Below are positions 1 through 8,115 of a stretch of DNA of 39,975 nucleotides, piece after piece (the stretch's first letter is position 1; the number at the start of each line of letters is the position of its first letter). The notes beneath the pieces are model-generated. The model was not told where the DNA came from and did not search any database. It worked only from the letters and a program-made list of their open reading frames with translations. Position numbers and translations under genes: made by a program. The DNA is taken from sequence record SRR20825010_3006; one strand, written 5' to 3'.

Positions 1-68
1 TGAGCATGCAAGGAGTTATTCAGAGGTTCCTTAGTAACAACAAAAATAGCGATTATTAGGGAGTAGCT

Positions 69-863
69 ATGAGAAAGCGTCTTCTGGGGTGTCTCATTGC
101 GATGGTGTTGCTGCCAATGCAGGGATTTGCGTCAATCAGCAATGCAGAACTCGAAGATTTTGAATTGGCGCTGTGGAAAGTCCGCGCCGATTTTCACATG
201 TTGACCGTGATGGTTGGCAGCAAAACCTATATTTCCAATCTGGATGATGCTATTGCCCAGGCACAGTCCGGCATGGCGGCTTTGCGCAGCAATGCAGAAG
301 GCAGTGAAGAGCGCGCGCTGGTTAACGATCTGGACAAGAATTGGGGCATTCTAAAAGCAGCGGCCCAGGGTAATACCATGGCCGAGCAAGGCTTTACCAA
401 CGCCTACACCATTCAGGATGTGAATGAGCTGCCGACAGAGATGTCACTGCGGATCGAATCCTTCAACGGTGCCACCGAAGGCCAGTACGATGATATCCGT
501 GAGCTTTCAGCGTACCTCCAGCGCATGACCTCCGAGTACCTGAATATCGCTGCAGACCCGGCAGGGGGGATGGCGTCAGGGTCGGATGAAGGTCGCCTTG
601 AGTTCAAGGATGCGGTGCCTGAGTTTGAGCGGATGCTGGCCGCGGCGAAAAAGAACCACGCCAACGATGAAGCCATCAGCCGTGCCTTGAACCAGGTGGG
701 CGTGAAGTGGATGTTTATCCGTGAATCCATGGTGAAGTTTTATGAAAATGCGGTGTCGTACCTGATTTATCGTTACACCAACCAGATGGTAGACACCATG
801 AGTCAGGCAATCAGTCTGGCGTCTACGGATGTGGAAAAGCCCAGCTTCGGGCCGGTTGAATAA
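69..863 (+). CDS. Secreted all-alpha hypothetical protein, possibly tandem PilJ/NarX-like four-helix domains
   Basis: 264-aa ORF with RBS GGGAG; Sec signal peptide (MRKRLLGCLIAMVLLPMQGFA); helical pattern with LQRMTSEY and V..KWMFI; clearly similar to the next ORF. Confidence 0.7.
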   Translation: MRKRLLGCLIAMVLLPMQGFASISNAELEDFELALWKVRADFHMLTVMVGSKTYISNLDDAIAQAQSGMAALRSNAEGSEERALVNDLDKNWGILKAAAQGNTMAEQGFTNAYTIQDVNELPTEMSLRIESFNGATEGQYDDIRELSAYLQRMTSEYLNIAADPAGGMASGSDEGRLEFKDAVPEFERMLAAAKKNHANDEAISRALNQVGVKWMFIRESMVKFYENAVSYLIYRYTNQMVDTMSQAISLASTDVEKPSFGPVE

Positions 864-866
864 GGC

Positions 867-920
867 GGAGCCATCACTGGCTCCTTTGTGCTGACCCTCG
901 CATGTGTGCGGGGGTTTTTT
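867..920 (+). terminator. Two consecutive hairpins; the second is a rho-independent terminator
   Basis: GGAGCCA-TCAC-TGGCTCC-TTT (867-887), then ACCCTCGCA-TGTG-TGCGGGGGT-TTTTT (894-920) just after the stop at 863. Confidence 0.75.
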
Positions 921-974
921 GATGGTGGCTTATATCAAGCCGCTCTTGTTTAAAATGTATAGGGGGAGTTCGGG

Positions 975-1736
975 GTGAATAAGGAAATTCGACATGGCCT
1001 GGTTGCGGCACTGCTATTGGTGTCAGCAGGGGCTCAGGCAGCGATGTCCGCCACGGAATTGGCACTGGTTCAGGCAGATGCATGGCGGGTCCGGATGGGA
1101 TTTCATCTGCTATCGATTCGTGGGGATAACCCGGAAGACCGGGCAGCACTGAAAGCCTTGCTGGCGGATGGAGAGCAACATCTTGATGCGCTGAAGGCGC
1201 AGGCCGCACCCGGCGAGAAAGACACTGCGGCGCAACTGGATGCGTCCTGGGATGCCCTCAATCAACGCGCTCTGGATAACCCGCTGGCTTCATTGGGCTA
1301 TGCGGACTACAGCGCCATGAGTGAAATCAATACCACCACGCTGGCGGTGGATGCGCTGGTACGCAAGGCAGAAGTAGCGGGCGATGCAACCTACCTGGAT
1401 ATCGCCCAGTTGTCTGTGGCCATGCAGCGTCTGGCCAGTGAGTATGCCGCTCTGGCAGCCTTTCCCTCGGCGGGCCTGAAAACCGGTACTGGCTTGCAGT
1501 CCATGGACTTTGGTGCGGAAGCCCGGGCTATCGACGAGTCACTGGTCAGCCTGAAAGGCAAATATGCGGGGGATGAGCAGGCCCGTGAAGTGCTGGCATT
1601 CATCGATCAGCGCTGGGCGTTCGTGCGCAAATCGATTCCCGGTATGGATGACCCGAACACACAGAAAATCCCGTATCTGTTCTATCGGTATGCCACGCAA
1701 ATGGCGGAACGGGTGAGTGACCTGGCCCAGCCATAA
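975..1736 (+). CDS. Secreted hypothetical protein, paralog of 69..863
   Basis: GTG start after GGGGAG; signal peptide ending AQA; shared motifs WRVRMGFHLL/WKVRADFHML, MQRLASEY/LQRMTSEY, RWAFVR/KWMFIR, YLFYRY/YLIYRY. Confidence 0.7.
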   Translation: MNKEIRHGLVAALLLVSAGAQAAMSATELALVQADAWRVRMGFHLLSIRGDNPEDRAALKALLADGEQHLDALKAQAAPGEKDTAAQLDASWDALNQRALDNPLASLGYADYSAMSEINTTTLAVDALVRKAEVAGDATYLDIAQLSVAMQRLASEYAALAAFPSAGLKTGTGLQSMDFGAEARAIDESLVSLKGKYAGDEQAREVLAFIDQRWAFVRKSIPGMDDPNTQKIPYLFYRYATQMAERVSDLAQP

Positions 1737-1766
1737 CGGGCTGATGTTCCCGGCTTGGTGGCGTGG

Positions 1767-2888
1767 CTACTGCGAGCGCGCCACCAGCCAGTCTGCGCTG
1801 ATGCGCCAGGCGTGGGAGGGGGCTTTGGAACCCGAAAATACCCCCGCATGGCCGCCTGGCACTTCCTCGAAGCGCTTCTCTTTGCTACCGACAAGGTGCA
1901 TCACATCCCGTGCTGCGCGCAGGCTGACAATGTTGTCGGTGATGCCGGCAAAGGAAAGCAGGTCCTGCTGAATGGATGAGAAATCCACGCTGCGCCCGCC
2001 TATCCGGATTTTGCCTCTGGCCAGGCTGTTAGCCAGAATCATTTTCTCGATCACCTCGCGGACTACCGCACCGGGATAATCCACCATATCGTTGAACCAC
2101 TGACCCATGGTCATGTACTCGGTCACGTATTCACGGTCACCAAGATTGCGGATCAGATCCATGTAAGCCTGTACCACGCCGGGGGGGTTGGTCATCTTGA
2201 AGCCCAGCGTGAGCAGGTTGGCAGGAATGTGAAATAGCTTGTCGCTAAGTGGCTCAAGGCGAATCTGGAACCAGTCGTGAACCTGCATGGCAGGAATGGC
2301 CGCCAGGCCCAGGGCCTTGCCAAAGGGGCCACTTTTGTGAAAATTCACCGGGCTGGCAATGGTGATAAGGCTGCGCACTGGCGCATCACTGTGCCCTCCC
2401 AGGTACATCAGGCACAGTAACCCGCCCATGCAGTAGCCCATCATGTTGATGGTCTCGGTTTCCGCATGGGTCTTTACGGCCTCTACCGCAGAAGGAAGCC
2501 AGCGATTGACGTAGGTGTCCAGGTCCAGGCTGCGATTGGCGTTGGACGGTTTGCCCCAATCCACCAGATACACGTCGTAACCGCGGGCCATCAGATAACG
2601 GACCATTGAGCGGTTGGGCATCAGGTCATAGGTCCAGCAGTGGATGCCCAACGCTGGCACCAGCAACAGGGGAATGCGGTGCTTGTCGGTGGAAACCGGG
2701 AGGACGTCGTCGTTAAGCGGAATTTCGGCCATCGGCGGGAGGCTGTAATGGCGCACAGCCATAATACCGTCACGATAAATTTCATCCCACGGGCATTTAT
2801 CCACCTGGATAAAGCGTTGGGGATGGCGCCTGCGTTCCACAATGTGGCCAACGGCCCGCAGGCTGTTCTTTAATCGTGATGTCGCCAT
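1767..2888 (-). CDS. phaC: Class III PHA-synthase-like (PhaC-like) alpha/beta hydrolase
   Basis: PLLLVPAL, DLMPNRSMVRYL, YLVDWG, Cys lipase box GYCMGG, Asp in FAGITDNIV, His in PGGHAG; RBS AGGAGG. True PHA synthase activity is unproven. Confidence 0.7.
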   Translation of the reverse strand: MATSRLKNSLRAVGHIVERRRHPQRFIQVDKCPWDEIYRDGIMAVRHYSLPPMAEIPLNDDVLPVSTDKHRIPLLLVPALGIHCWTYDLMPNRSMVRYLMARGYDVYLVDWGKPSNANRSLDLDTYVNRWLPSAVEAVKTHAETETINMMGYCMGGLLCLMYLGGHSDAPVRSLITIASPVNFHKSGPFGKALGLAAIPAMQVHDWFQIRLEPLSDKLFHIPANLLTLGFKMTNPPGVVQAYMDLIRNLGDREYVTEYMTMGQWFNDMVDYPGAVVREVIEKMILANSLARGKIRIGGRSVDFSSIQQDLLSFAGITDNIVSLRAARDVMHLVGSKEKRFEEVPGGHAGVFSGSKAPSHAWRISADWLVARSQ

Positions 2889-3003
2889 TTTAACGCCTCC
2901 TGAAATGGGCGGAGAAGGCTAGCAGAGAGCAAGACCGCTTCTATGGTAAAACGGTAACACTTGCAGATTAGCCAACAGCCGTTAATCTTGCCCCCGATAT
3001 CAC

Positions 3004-3492
3004 TTGGAGACATTGGCCGCCGTGACAGAAAAAACACTTCCGTATACACGCTTGGACATATGCAACCGCTTCCTGGAGTCTGTGCGTCACTCCGTTGTGC
3101 TGGGGCTTGAGGTCGTCAGCGCTACTGAGGAGTGCGTCCGGGTCCGAATGCCCTGGCGAGACGATCTGGTCGGTAACCCGGAGACCGGGGTCATGCATGG
3201 CGGGGCCATTTTCGCGATGATGGATCAGGCTGGAGGGATGGCGATTACTTGCCGTACCTTCCCCACGTTTGAGATTACCCCGACCATCGATTTCCGCGTG
3301 GATCATTTGCGTAGCCCCGGAAAAGGCCGGGCTGTGGTGTGTGAGGCCAGATGCTATCGGCTCACCACCCATGTGGCTTTTGTCAGTGTAACGACCTGGG
3401 AGGAAGAGGGGGATGACGAACCTATTGCCACCGGGTTGGCAACCTATACGCGGCTAAAAATTGACAAGGCAGGCACGGTGGTGGGCCAATGA
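3004..3492 (+). CDS. PaaI-family hotdog-fold thioesterase
   Basis: LVGNPETGVMHGGAIFAMMD motif and TIDFRVDHL; true start may be GTG at 3022. Confidence 0.85.
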   Translation: METLAAVTEKTLPYTRLDICNRFLESVRHSVVLGLEVVSATEECVRVRMPWRDDLVGNPETGVMHGGAIFAMMDQAGGMAITCRTFPTFEITPTIDFRVDHLRSPGKGRAVVCEARCYRLTTHVAFVSVTTWEEEGDDEPIATGLATYTRLKIDKAGTVVGQ

Positions 3493-3944
3493 AAGCACTG
3501 AAAACGCTGATCGAAGAGTGCCGCAGTGGCGAGGCAGACTATCAGGCCCTGATCGACCGGGTGCCGTATGCACGGTTTCTGGGCATTCAGGTCATCGCCC
3601 AGGGGGATGAGCTGACCTTTGTGTTGCCCAAGCACGACAATGTGGTAGGCAACCCTACTTTGCCTGCGCTGCATGGCGGGGCGGTGGCCGGTTTTATGGA
3701 GCAGGCGGCGATTATCTTCATCCTGCTGCAAATGGGCGAACCCAAAGTGCCGAAAACCATCGATTTCACCATCGATTATCTGCGTGCGGGGCTGTTCCGT
3801 GACACTTACGCAGAATGCAGCGTCACGCGTCTGGGGCGACGAATTGCCAACGTGCACATCAGTGCCTGGCAAAAAAACCGCCAGGAGCCAATCACCATTG
3901 CCCGCGCTCACTTTCTCCTCTCTGACGATGGCGCTACGGACTGA
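3489..3944 (+). CDS. PaaI-family hotdog-fold thioesterase
   Basis: VVGNPTLPALHGGAVAGFME and KTIDFTIDYLR; ATGA overlap with the upstream gene indicates translational coupling. Confidence 0.85.
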   Translation: MKALKTLIEECRSGEADYQALIDRVPYARFLGIQVIAQGDELTFVLPKHDNVVGNPTLPALHGGAVAGFMEQAAIIFILLQMGEPKVPKTIDFTIDYLRAGLFRDTYAECSVTRLGRRIANVHISAWQKNRQEPITIARAHFLLSDDGATD

Positions 3945-3961
3945 TATCACATCCATTGTGT

Positions 3962-4065
3962 TTAGGCGCCACGGACGGCGCTAATTGTCATAACACGACA
4001 TTGCTCCCTTCCCGGCATCCACCTAGCGTTGAGTTATGACTTAGCGCTACCAAGGATGCCTAATG
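3962..4065 (+). promoter_or_regulatory. Structured leader or operator array upstream of the di-iron protein
   Basis: Hairpin TAGCGTTGAGT-TATG-ACTTAGCGCTA (4024-4049) closed by GGCATCC/GGATGCC (4014-4020/4054-4060) that covers the RBS; 3978-3994 is complementary to 4033-4047. Confidence 0.45.
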
Positions 4066-5175
4066 AAAATAACCAAAGTCAGCACGCCGCCTACCCAAGT
4101 CAGTATTTACGACAACTGGGATGGGCCAGGCCACGAAGACATCGAAGACAAATTGAGTGCGCAACACGTAGAAGATGTGGTGGAAATATTCCAGACCCCG
4201 CTCACGGGTCACTACAACTGGGATTATTCTTCCGCCGATGGCCGCATCCGCAAGCTCTACAAACTGGGCAAAGAGCTCAACTGGAATGCGGACATGGATG
4301 TGGATTGGTCAGAGAGCTTCCCCAAATCCGAGGTGCCACTGGATCAGTCGTTCAACCCGTTTCACGGCTGGGACACCTTCGAAGCATTAAGTGAGGATGA
4401 AAAGCTGCGTTTTGGCTGGCATAACCTGGCCTGGATGCTCGCGCAGTTTGTACACGGTGAGCAGGGGGCGTTACTGGTGGCCTCCCAGCTGGCTAGCTGC
4501 GCGCCCACCTATGACGCCAAACTCTATGCGGCAAGCCAGACCTTTGACGAAGCCCGCCACGTGGAAGTGTTCACGCGTTACCTGCAGGAAAAGATCGGCA
4601 TTCTCTACCCGGTGAATCCGAACCTGAAATCCCTGCTGGACAAGATTCTGTCCGACCCCCGCTGGGATCTGAAGTTTATCGGTATGCAGATCATTATCGA
4701 AGGGCTGGCGCTGGCCGCATTCAATACCTTGAAAATGACCGCCCAAGACCCTCTGTTGAAGCAGATCATTCATCTTGTTATTCGCGATGAAGCGCGGCAC
4801 GTTACCTTTGGTGTCAACTACTTGGAGGATTTTGTTGAGACTCTATCTGAAGAGGAAAAAGAAGAGCGTGCCCACTTTGCCTTCGAGGCTTGTGTGGTCA
4901 TGCGGGAGCGATTGATCAGCACCGAAGTGTTCGAACACTTTGGCTGGGATGTGGAGGCTGCCCGCGAGCAGGTATTGTCGTCCACCATCATGGCGCAGTT
5001 CCGTAACCTGCTGTTCACCCGCATTATGCCCAACCTCAAACGCATTGGCTTGCTCACGGATTCCGTGCGGCCGCGCTTCGAGGAGCTGGGTATCCTGCAG
5101 TTTGAAAACCTGGTGGACGACGGCCAGATCGACTGGGCCGAGCTGTCCAAGCCGCTCTACGACGAGGCGTCCTGA
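4063..5175 (+). CDS. Ferritin-like di-iron carboxylate protein (AurF/R2-like superfamily), substrate unknown
   Basis: E...DExRH...E...DExRH ligand pattern: HGEQGAL, FDEARH, IEGLALAAF, RDEARH. Confidence 0.8.
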   Translation: MKITKVSTPPTQVSIYDNWDGPGHEDIEDKLSAQHVEDVVEIFQTPLTGHYNWDYSSADGRIRKLYKLGKELNWNADMDVDWSESFPKSEVPLDQSFNPFHGWDTFEALSEDEKLRFGWHNLAWMLAQFVHGEQGALLVASQLASCAPTYDAKLYAASQTFDEARHVEVFTRYLQEKIGILYPVNPNLKSLLDKILSDPRWDLKFIGMQIIIEGLALAAFNTLKMTAQDPLLKQIIHLVIRDEARHVTFGVNYLEDFVETLSEEEKEERAHFAFEACVVMRERLISTEVFEHFGWDVEAAREQVLSSTIMAQFRNLLFTRIMPNLKRIGLLTDSVRPRFEELGILQFENLVDDGQIDWAELSKPLYDEAS

Positions 5176-5990
5176 ACCGATTCGATAATCAGCGCATCTC
5201 CCACCGGCCGGGCCAATGCCCGGCCGGTGGCGTTATAGGCCTGTTGCATGGCCTGGCGCCCCTGTTCCAGCTTGCCGGGACCGGAGCGAACCAGGCCGTC
5301 AATGGCAAGGGTGACCAGATTTGGGCGAGAAGGATGATGCAGAGCCTTGCTGTGCGGGCCGCGCCAGGGAGAGCGGGACTGCAAATGGTGATAGAGTACG
5401 CGCTCTCCGGGGTAGGTTGCGGCCAGCCCGTGCCGGTCGGCAATACCGCCGTCCCAGTAGTAGCGCCCGCCAATCCGGGCCGGCTGAAACAGCAAGGGGA
5501 CGGCGCAGGAGGCGTATATCGCTTCCACCAGGTTACCTTGTTGTAACACCTGCGTACGCCTGCTTTTCGCCTGCCAGGCAGAGACCGCCAGCGGGGTACG
5601 AGCCTCTTCCATGCGCTGAGCGGGTAGCAGGCCTGCCAGCATTCGGCGAAAAGCCTGACCGGATAACAAACCCAGCCCGGGGGAGGGATCCCAGAACTGG
5701 GATCGATCAAGACCGAGCAGCATGTCTTCGATGGCATTGATGCTGGCGCCGGAGGCCACGCAGGCCCCCACCAGCGCGCCGGCGCTGGAGCCACAGAAAC
5801 GAGCAGGAACCAGGCCGTGCTCAAGCAGGGCGCGCAGAGTGCCGAAATGGGCAAAAAAACCGAAAAACCCGGATGACATGGCGAGAGTAAAAGGTGTCTC
5901 GCCCAGCCAGTCCGCCAGCACCCCCTGATGCGATGTGCCCCGCAGCGGTGCGTAATCTGCCACACCTTGAACCGGAATCTGTAATGTCAC
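5157..5990 (-). CDS. Patatin-like phospholipase
   Basis: Gly-rich SSGFFGFFAHFG, nucleophile GSSAG, catalytic DGG; start may be GTG at 5963; 3' end overlaps the convergent di-iron gene by 19 bp. Confidence 0.85.
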   Translation of the reverse strand: MTLQIPVQGVADYAPLRGTSHQGVLADWLGETPFTLAMSSGFFGFFAHFGTLRALLEHGLVPARFCGSSAGALVGACVASGASINAIEDMLLGLDRSQFWDPSPGLGLLSGQAFRRMLAGLLPAQRMEEARTPLAVSAWQAKSRRTQVLQQGNLVEAIYASCAVPLLFQPARIGGRYYWDGGIADRHGLAATYPGERVLYHHLQSRSPWRGPHSKALHHPSRPNLVTLAIDGLVRSGPGKLEQGRQAMQQAYNATGRALARPVGDALIIESVQDASS

Positions 5991-7228
5991 AGCTTGACCC
6001 TTCCACCGAAATCGCTGGCAAGCCTACCTCGCGGACCTTCAGTCACACAATGCTGTTGGCGGCAGTGGCGGTAACAGCACTGGGGCAGACTCTGGTTTTT
6101 ACCATGCTGCCGTCATTGGGGCGAGCCACCGGTATGACGGAAATGCAGGTAGGACTGATCATCAGTTGTTCATCACTGGTGTTTGCCCTGGCCAGCCCGG
6201 TGTGGGGCACCTTGAGTGAATCGCTGGGTCGCAAGCGGGTCATGGTGATTGGGTTGTCGGGGTATTCGCTGGGCACGCTGTCGTTCGCTGTGGTGTTTGA
6301 TCTGGGCCTGCGCGGGGGATTGGTGGGCGTCGGTCTGGTGGCGGCTCTGGTACTGAGCCGTATGCTGCAGGCGGCGATTATGGCTGCAACGCCGGCAGCG
6401 GCAGCTGCGTATACCGCTGACATTACCACCCCGGAGCAGCGCACTCAGGGCATGGGACGCATCGGCGCGGCCAACAATATCGGTACCGTCGTCGGGCCTG
6501 TGTCCGGCGGCATTCTGGCTGCCATTGCATTGGTGTTCCCGCTGTACGGTGTGGCGGTTCTGACTGCCCTTATGGCGATTAGTGTGGCTCTGTGGCTGCC
6601 GCCATCACCGCATCGCCCCACGGCTCGCACCGTGCCGCTGCGTTCCGTGTTGCGCCACGGGCTGGCCGCCTATGCGGACCCGCGCTTGCGTGATCTGTTG
6701 CTGACCGGGGTGATGCTGTTTATGAGCTTCGCGCTCATTCAACAAACCCTGGGTTTCCTGTTCCAGGACCAGTTCCTGATGAGCCCTGCCGAAGCGGCGA
6801 GGGCACTGGGGCTGACCATGATGATGGCTGCACTGACATCGCTGTCGGGACAGTTGATTGTGGTGCAGTGGCTAAAAGCCCCGGCGACCCTGTTGATTGC
6901 GCTGGCTGTGCCCAGTATCGGTGCCGGTGCCGTTATTCTCTGGCTGGCGGACACGGAGGCCCTGATGAGCGGGGCGGTGCTGCTGGTCGGGCTGGGCCTG
7001 GGGTTTGGCATGCCGGCAATCATGTCCCTGGCCAGCCTGCGGGTGCCCACGGAAGAGCAGGGGCGCGTGGCGGGTCTGGCCAGCGCCTGTCCCGCGCTGG
7101 GGTTTATTGTCGGGCCGCTGGTGGGTACGGGGTTATACACTTTGGATCACCGCTGGCCGTATCTGTTGGTGATCGCGTTGCTGGTGCCGATGTCCGTGCT
7201 GGCCTGGCGACTTGCTCGCAAGGTCTGA
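5984..7228 (+). CDS. MFS transporter (DHA1/TetA-like)
   Basis: About 12 hydrophobic helices; motif A-like WGTLSESLGRKRV; GTVVGPVSGG. ATG at 5984 preferred over the ORF-track start at 5894. Confidence 0.85.
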   Translation: MSQLDPSTEIAGKPTSRTFSHTMLLAAVAVTALGQTLVFTMLPSLGRATGMTEMQVGLIISCSSLVFALASPVWGTLSESLGRKRVMVIGLSGYSLGTLSFAVVFDLGLRGGLVGVGLVAALVLSRMLQAAIMAATPAAAAAYTADITTPEQRTQGMGRIGAANNIGTVVGPVSGGILAAIALVFPLYGVAVLTALMAISVALWLPPSPHRPTARTVPLRSVLRHGLAAYADPRLRDLLLTGVMLFMSFALIQQTLGFLFQDQFLMSPAEAARALGLTMMMAALTSLSGQLIVVQWLKAPATLLIALAVPSIGAGAVILWLADTEALMSGAVLLVGLGLGFGMPAIMSLASLRVPTEEQGRVAGLASACPALGFIVGPLVGTGLYTLDHRWPYLLVIALLVPMSVLAWRLARKV

Positions 7229-7236
7229 GTCAGCGG

Positions 7237-8115
7237 TTAGGCCTGCACGTTCAGCGATTGCCACAGGTGTGCCGCAACCAGTGCCCGCCATGGTGTGAAT
7301 GCGGCCAGCCAATCCCGGGTCGCTTTCGCAGTCGGGCGTGCCTTCAAGCCCAGCAATTGCTGCAGTGCTTTCTGCACTGCTACATCGCCGTGCAGGCTGC
7401 CATCCAGATAGCCATACCCTCTCAGCAGGGTGTAATTCACACTCCAGGGCCCCAGCCCGCGAATGCCAAGCAGGGCCTGCTCCGTGCTCTGTGCATCAGC
7501 GTCAGAGTGCAATGCGTCAGGCAGCAGGGCGTGCTCACAGCAGCGCTGCGACACCGTCAACAATGTGTCTGCCTTACTGGCTGAAAAGCCGACACTGCGT
7601 AGTGCGCTGGCATCCAGCTTGTTCACCGCGGTGGCGTCAGGGTAGCAGTACAGGCCGCTGACCCGCGCTTGCCCCGCCAGCTGAATAAACCGTCGTCGGA
7701 TGGCGGTGGCCGCACTGACACTGATCTGTTGCCCGATGATGGCCCAGCTTAGTGCCTCGAATGGGGTCGCGGACTGTGGCACACGCAGCCCGCGCTGCCT
7801 GTCGATCAGCTGGCCGAGTGGTGCCGCCTCTCCGGTAACCGTTTGCTCGAATGTGTGTACAGGTTGGTCGAGGCCAAGCATGGCACGAGTCTGTCGGGAT
7901 AATGCGGTACGGGTGAGTGTGCTGGCCGCGGCGCGGACCTGCCCGGGATGATTGAAATCCAGTGCGAGCAAGCAGGGGTGGCCATCAAGAATCACGGCCT
8001 TGCGAAGCACATTACCTTCTACCTGCTCGGAAATGGCGTGCTGGTCACGGCCGTGGAAATCAAGGAAAGCGGGCACGCTAAAGTGAGACGGCAAGGCAAG
8101 GGTGAGGCTGCTCAC
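7237..8115 (-). CDS. alkA: DNA-3-methyladenine glycosylase II (AlkA family)
   Basis: PFEALSWAIIGQQISVSAA, HhH motif LLGIRGLGPWS, catalytic Asp in HGDVAV, PWRALVAAHLW; GTGA overlap with ada. Confidence 0.88.
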   Translation of the reverse strand: MSSLTLALPSHFSVPAFLDFHGRDQHAISEQVEGNVLRKAVILDGHPCLLALDFNHPGQVRAAASTLTRTALSRQTRAMLGLDQPVHTFEQTVTGEAAPLGQLIDRQRGLRVPQSATPFEALSWAIIGQQISVSAATAIRRRFIQLAGQARVSGLYCYPDATAVNKLDASALRSVGFSASKADTLLTVSQRCCEHALLPDALHSDADAQSTEQALLGIRGLGPWSVNYTLLRGYGYLDGSLHGDVAVQKALQQLLGLKARPTAKATRDWLAAFTPWRALVAAHLWQSLNVQA

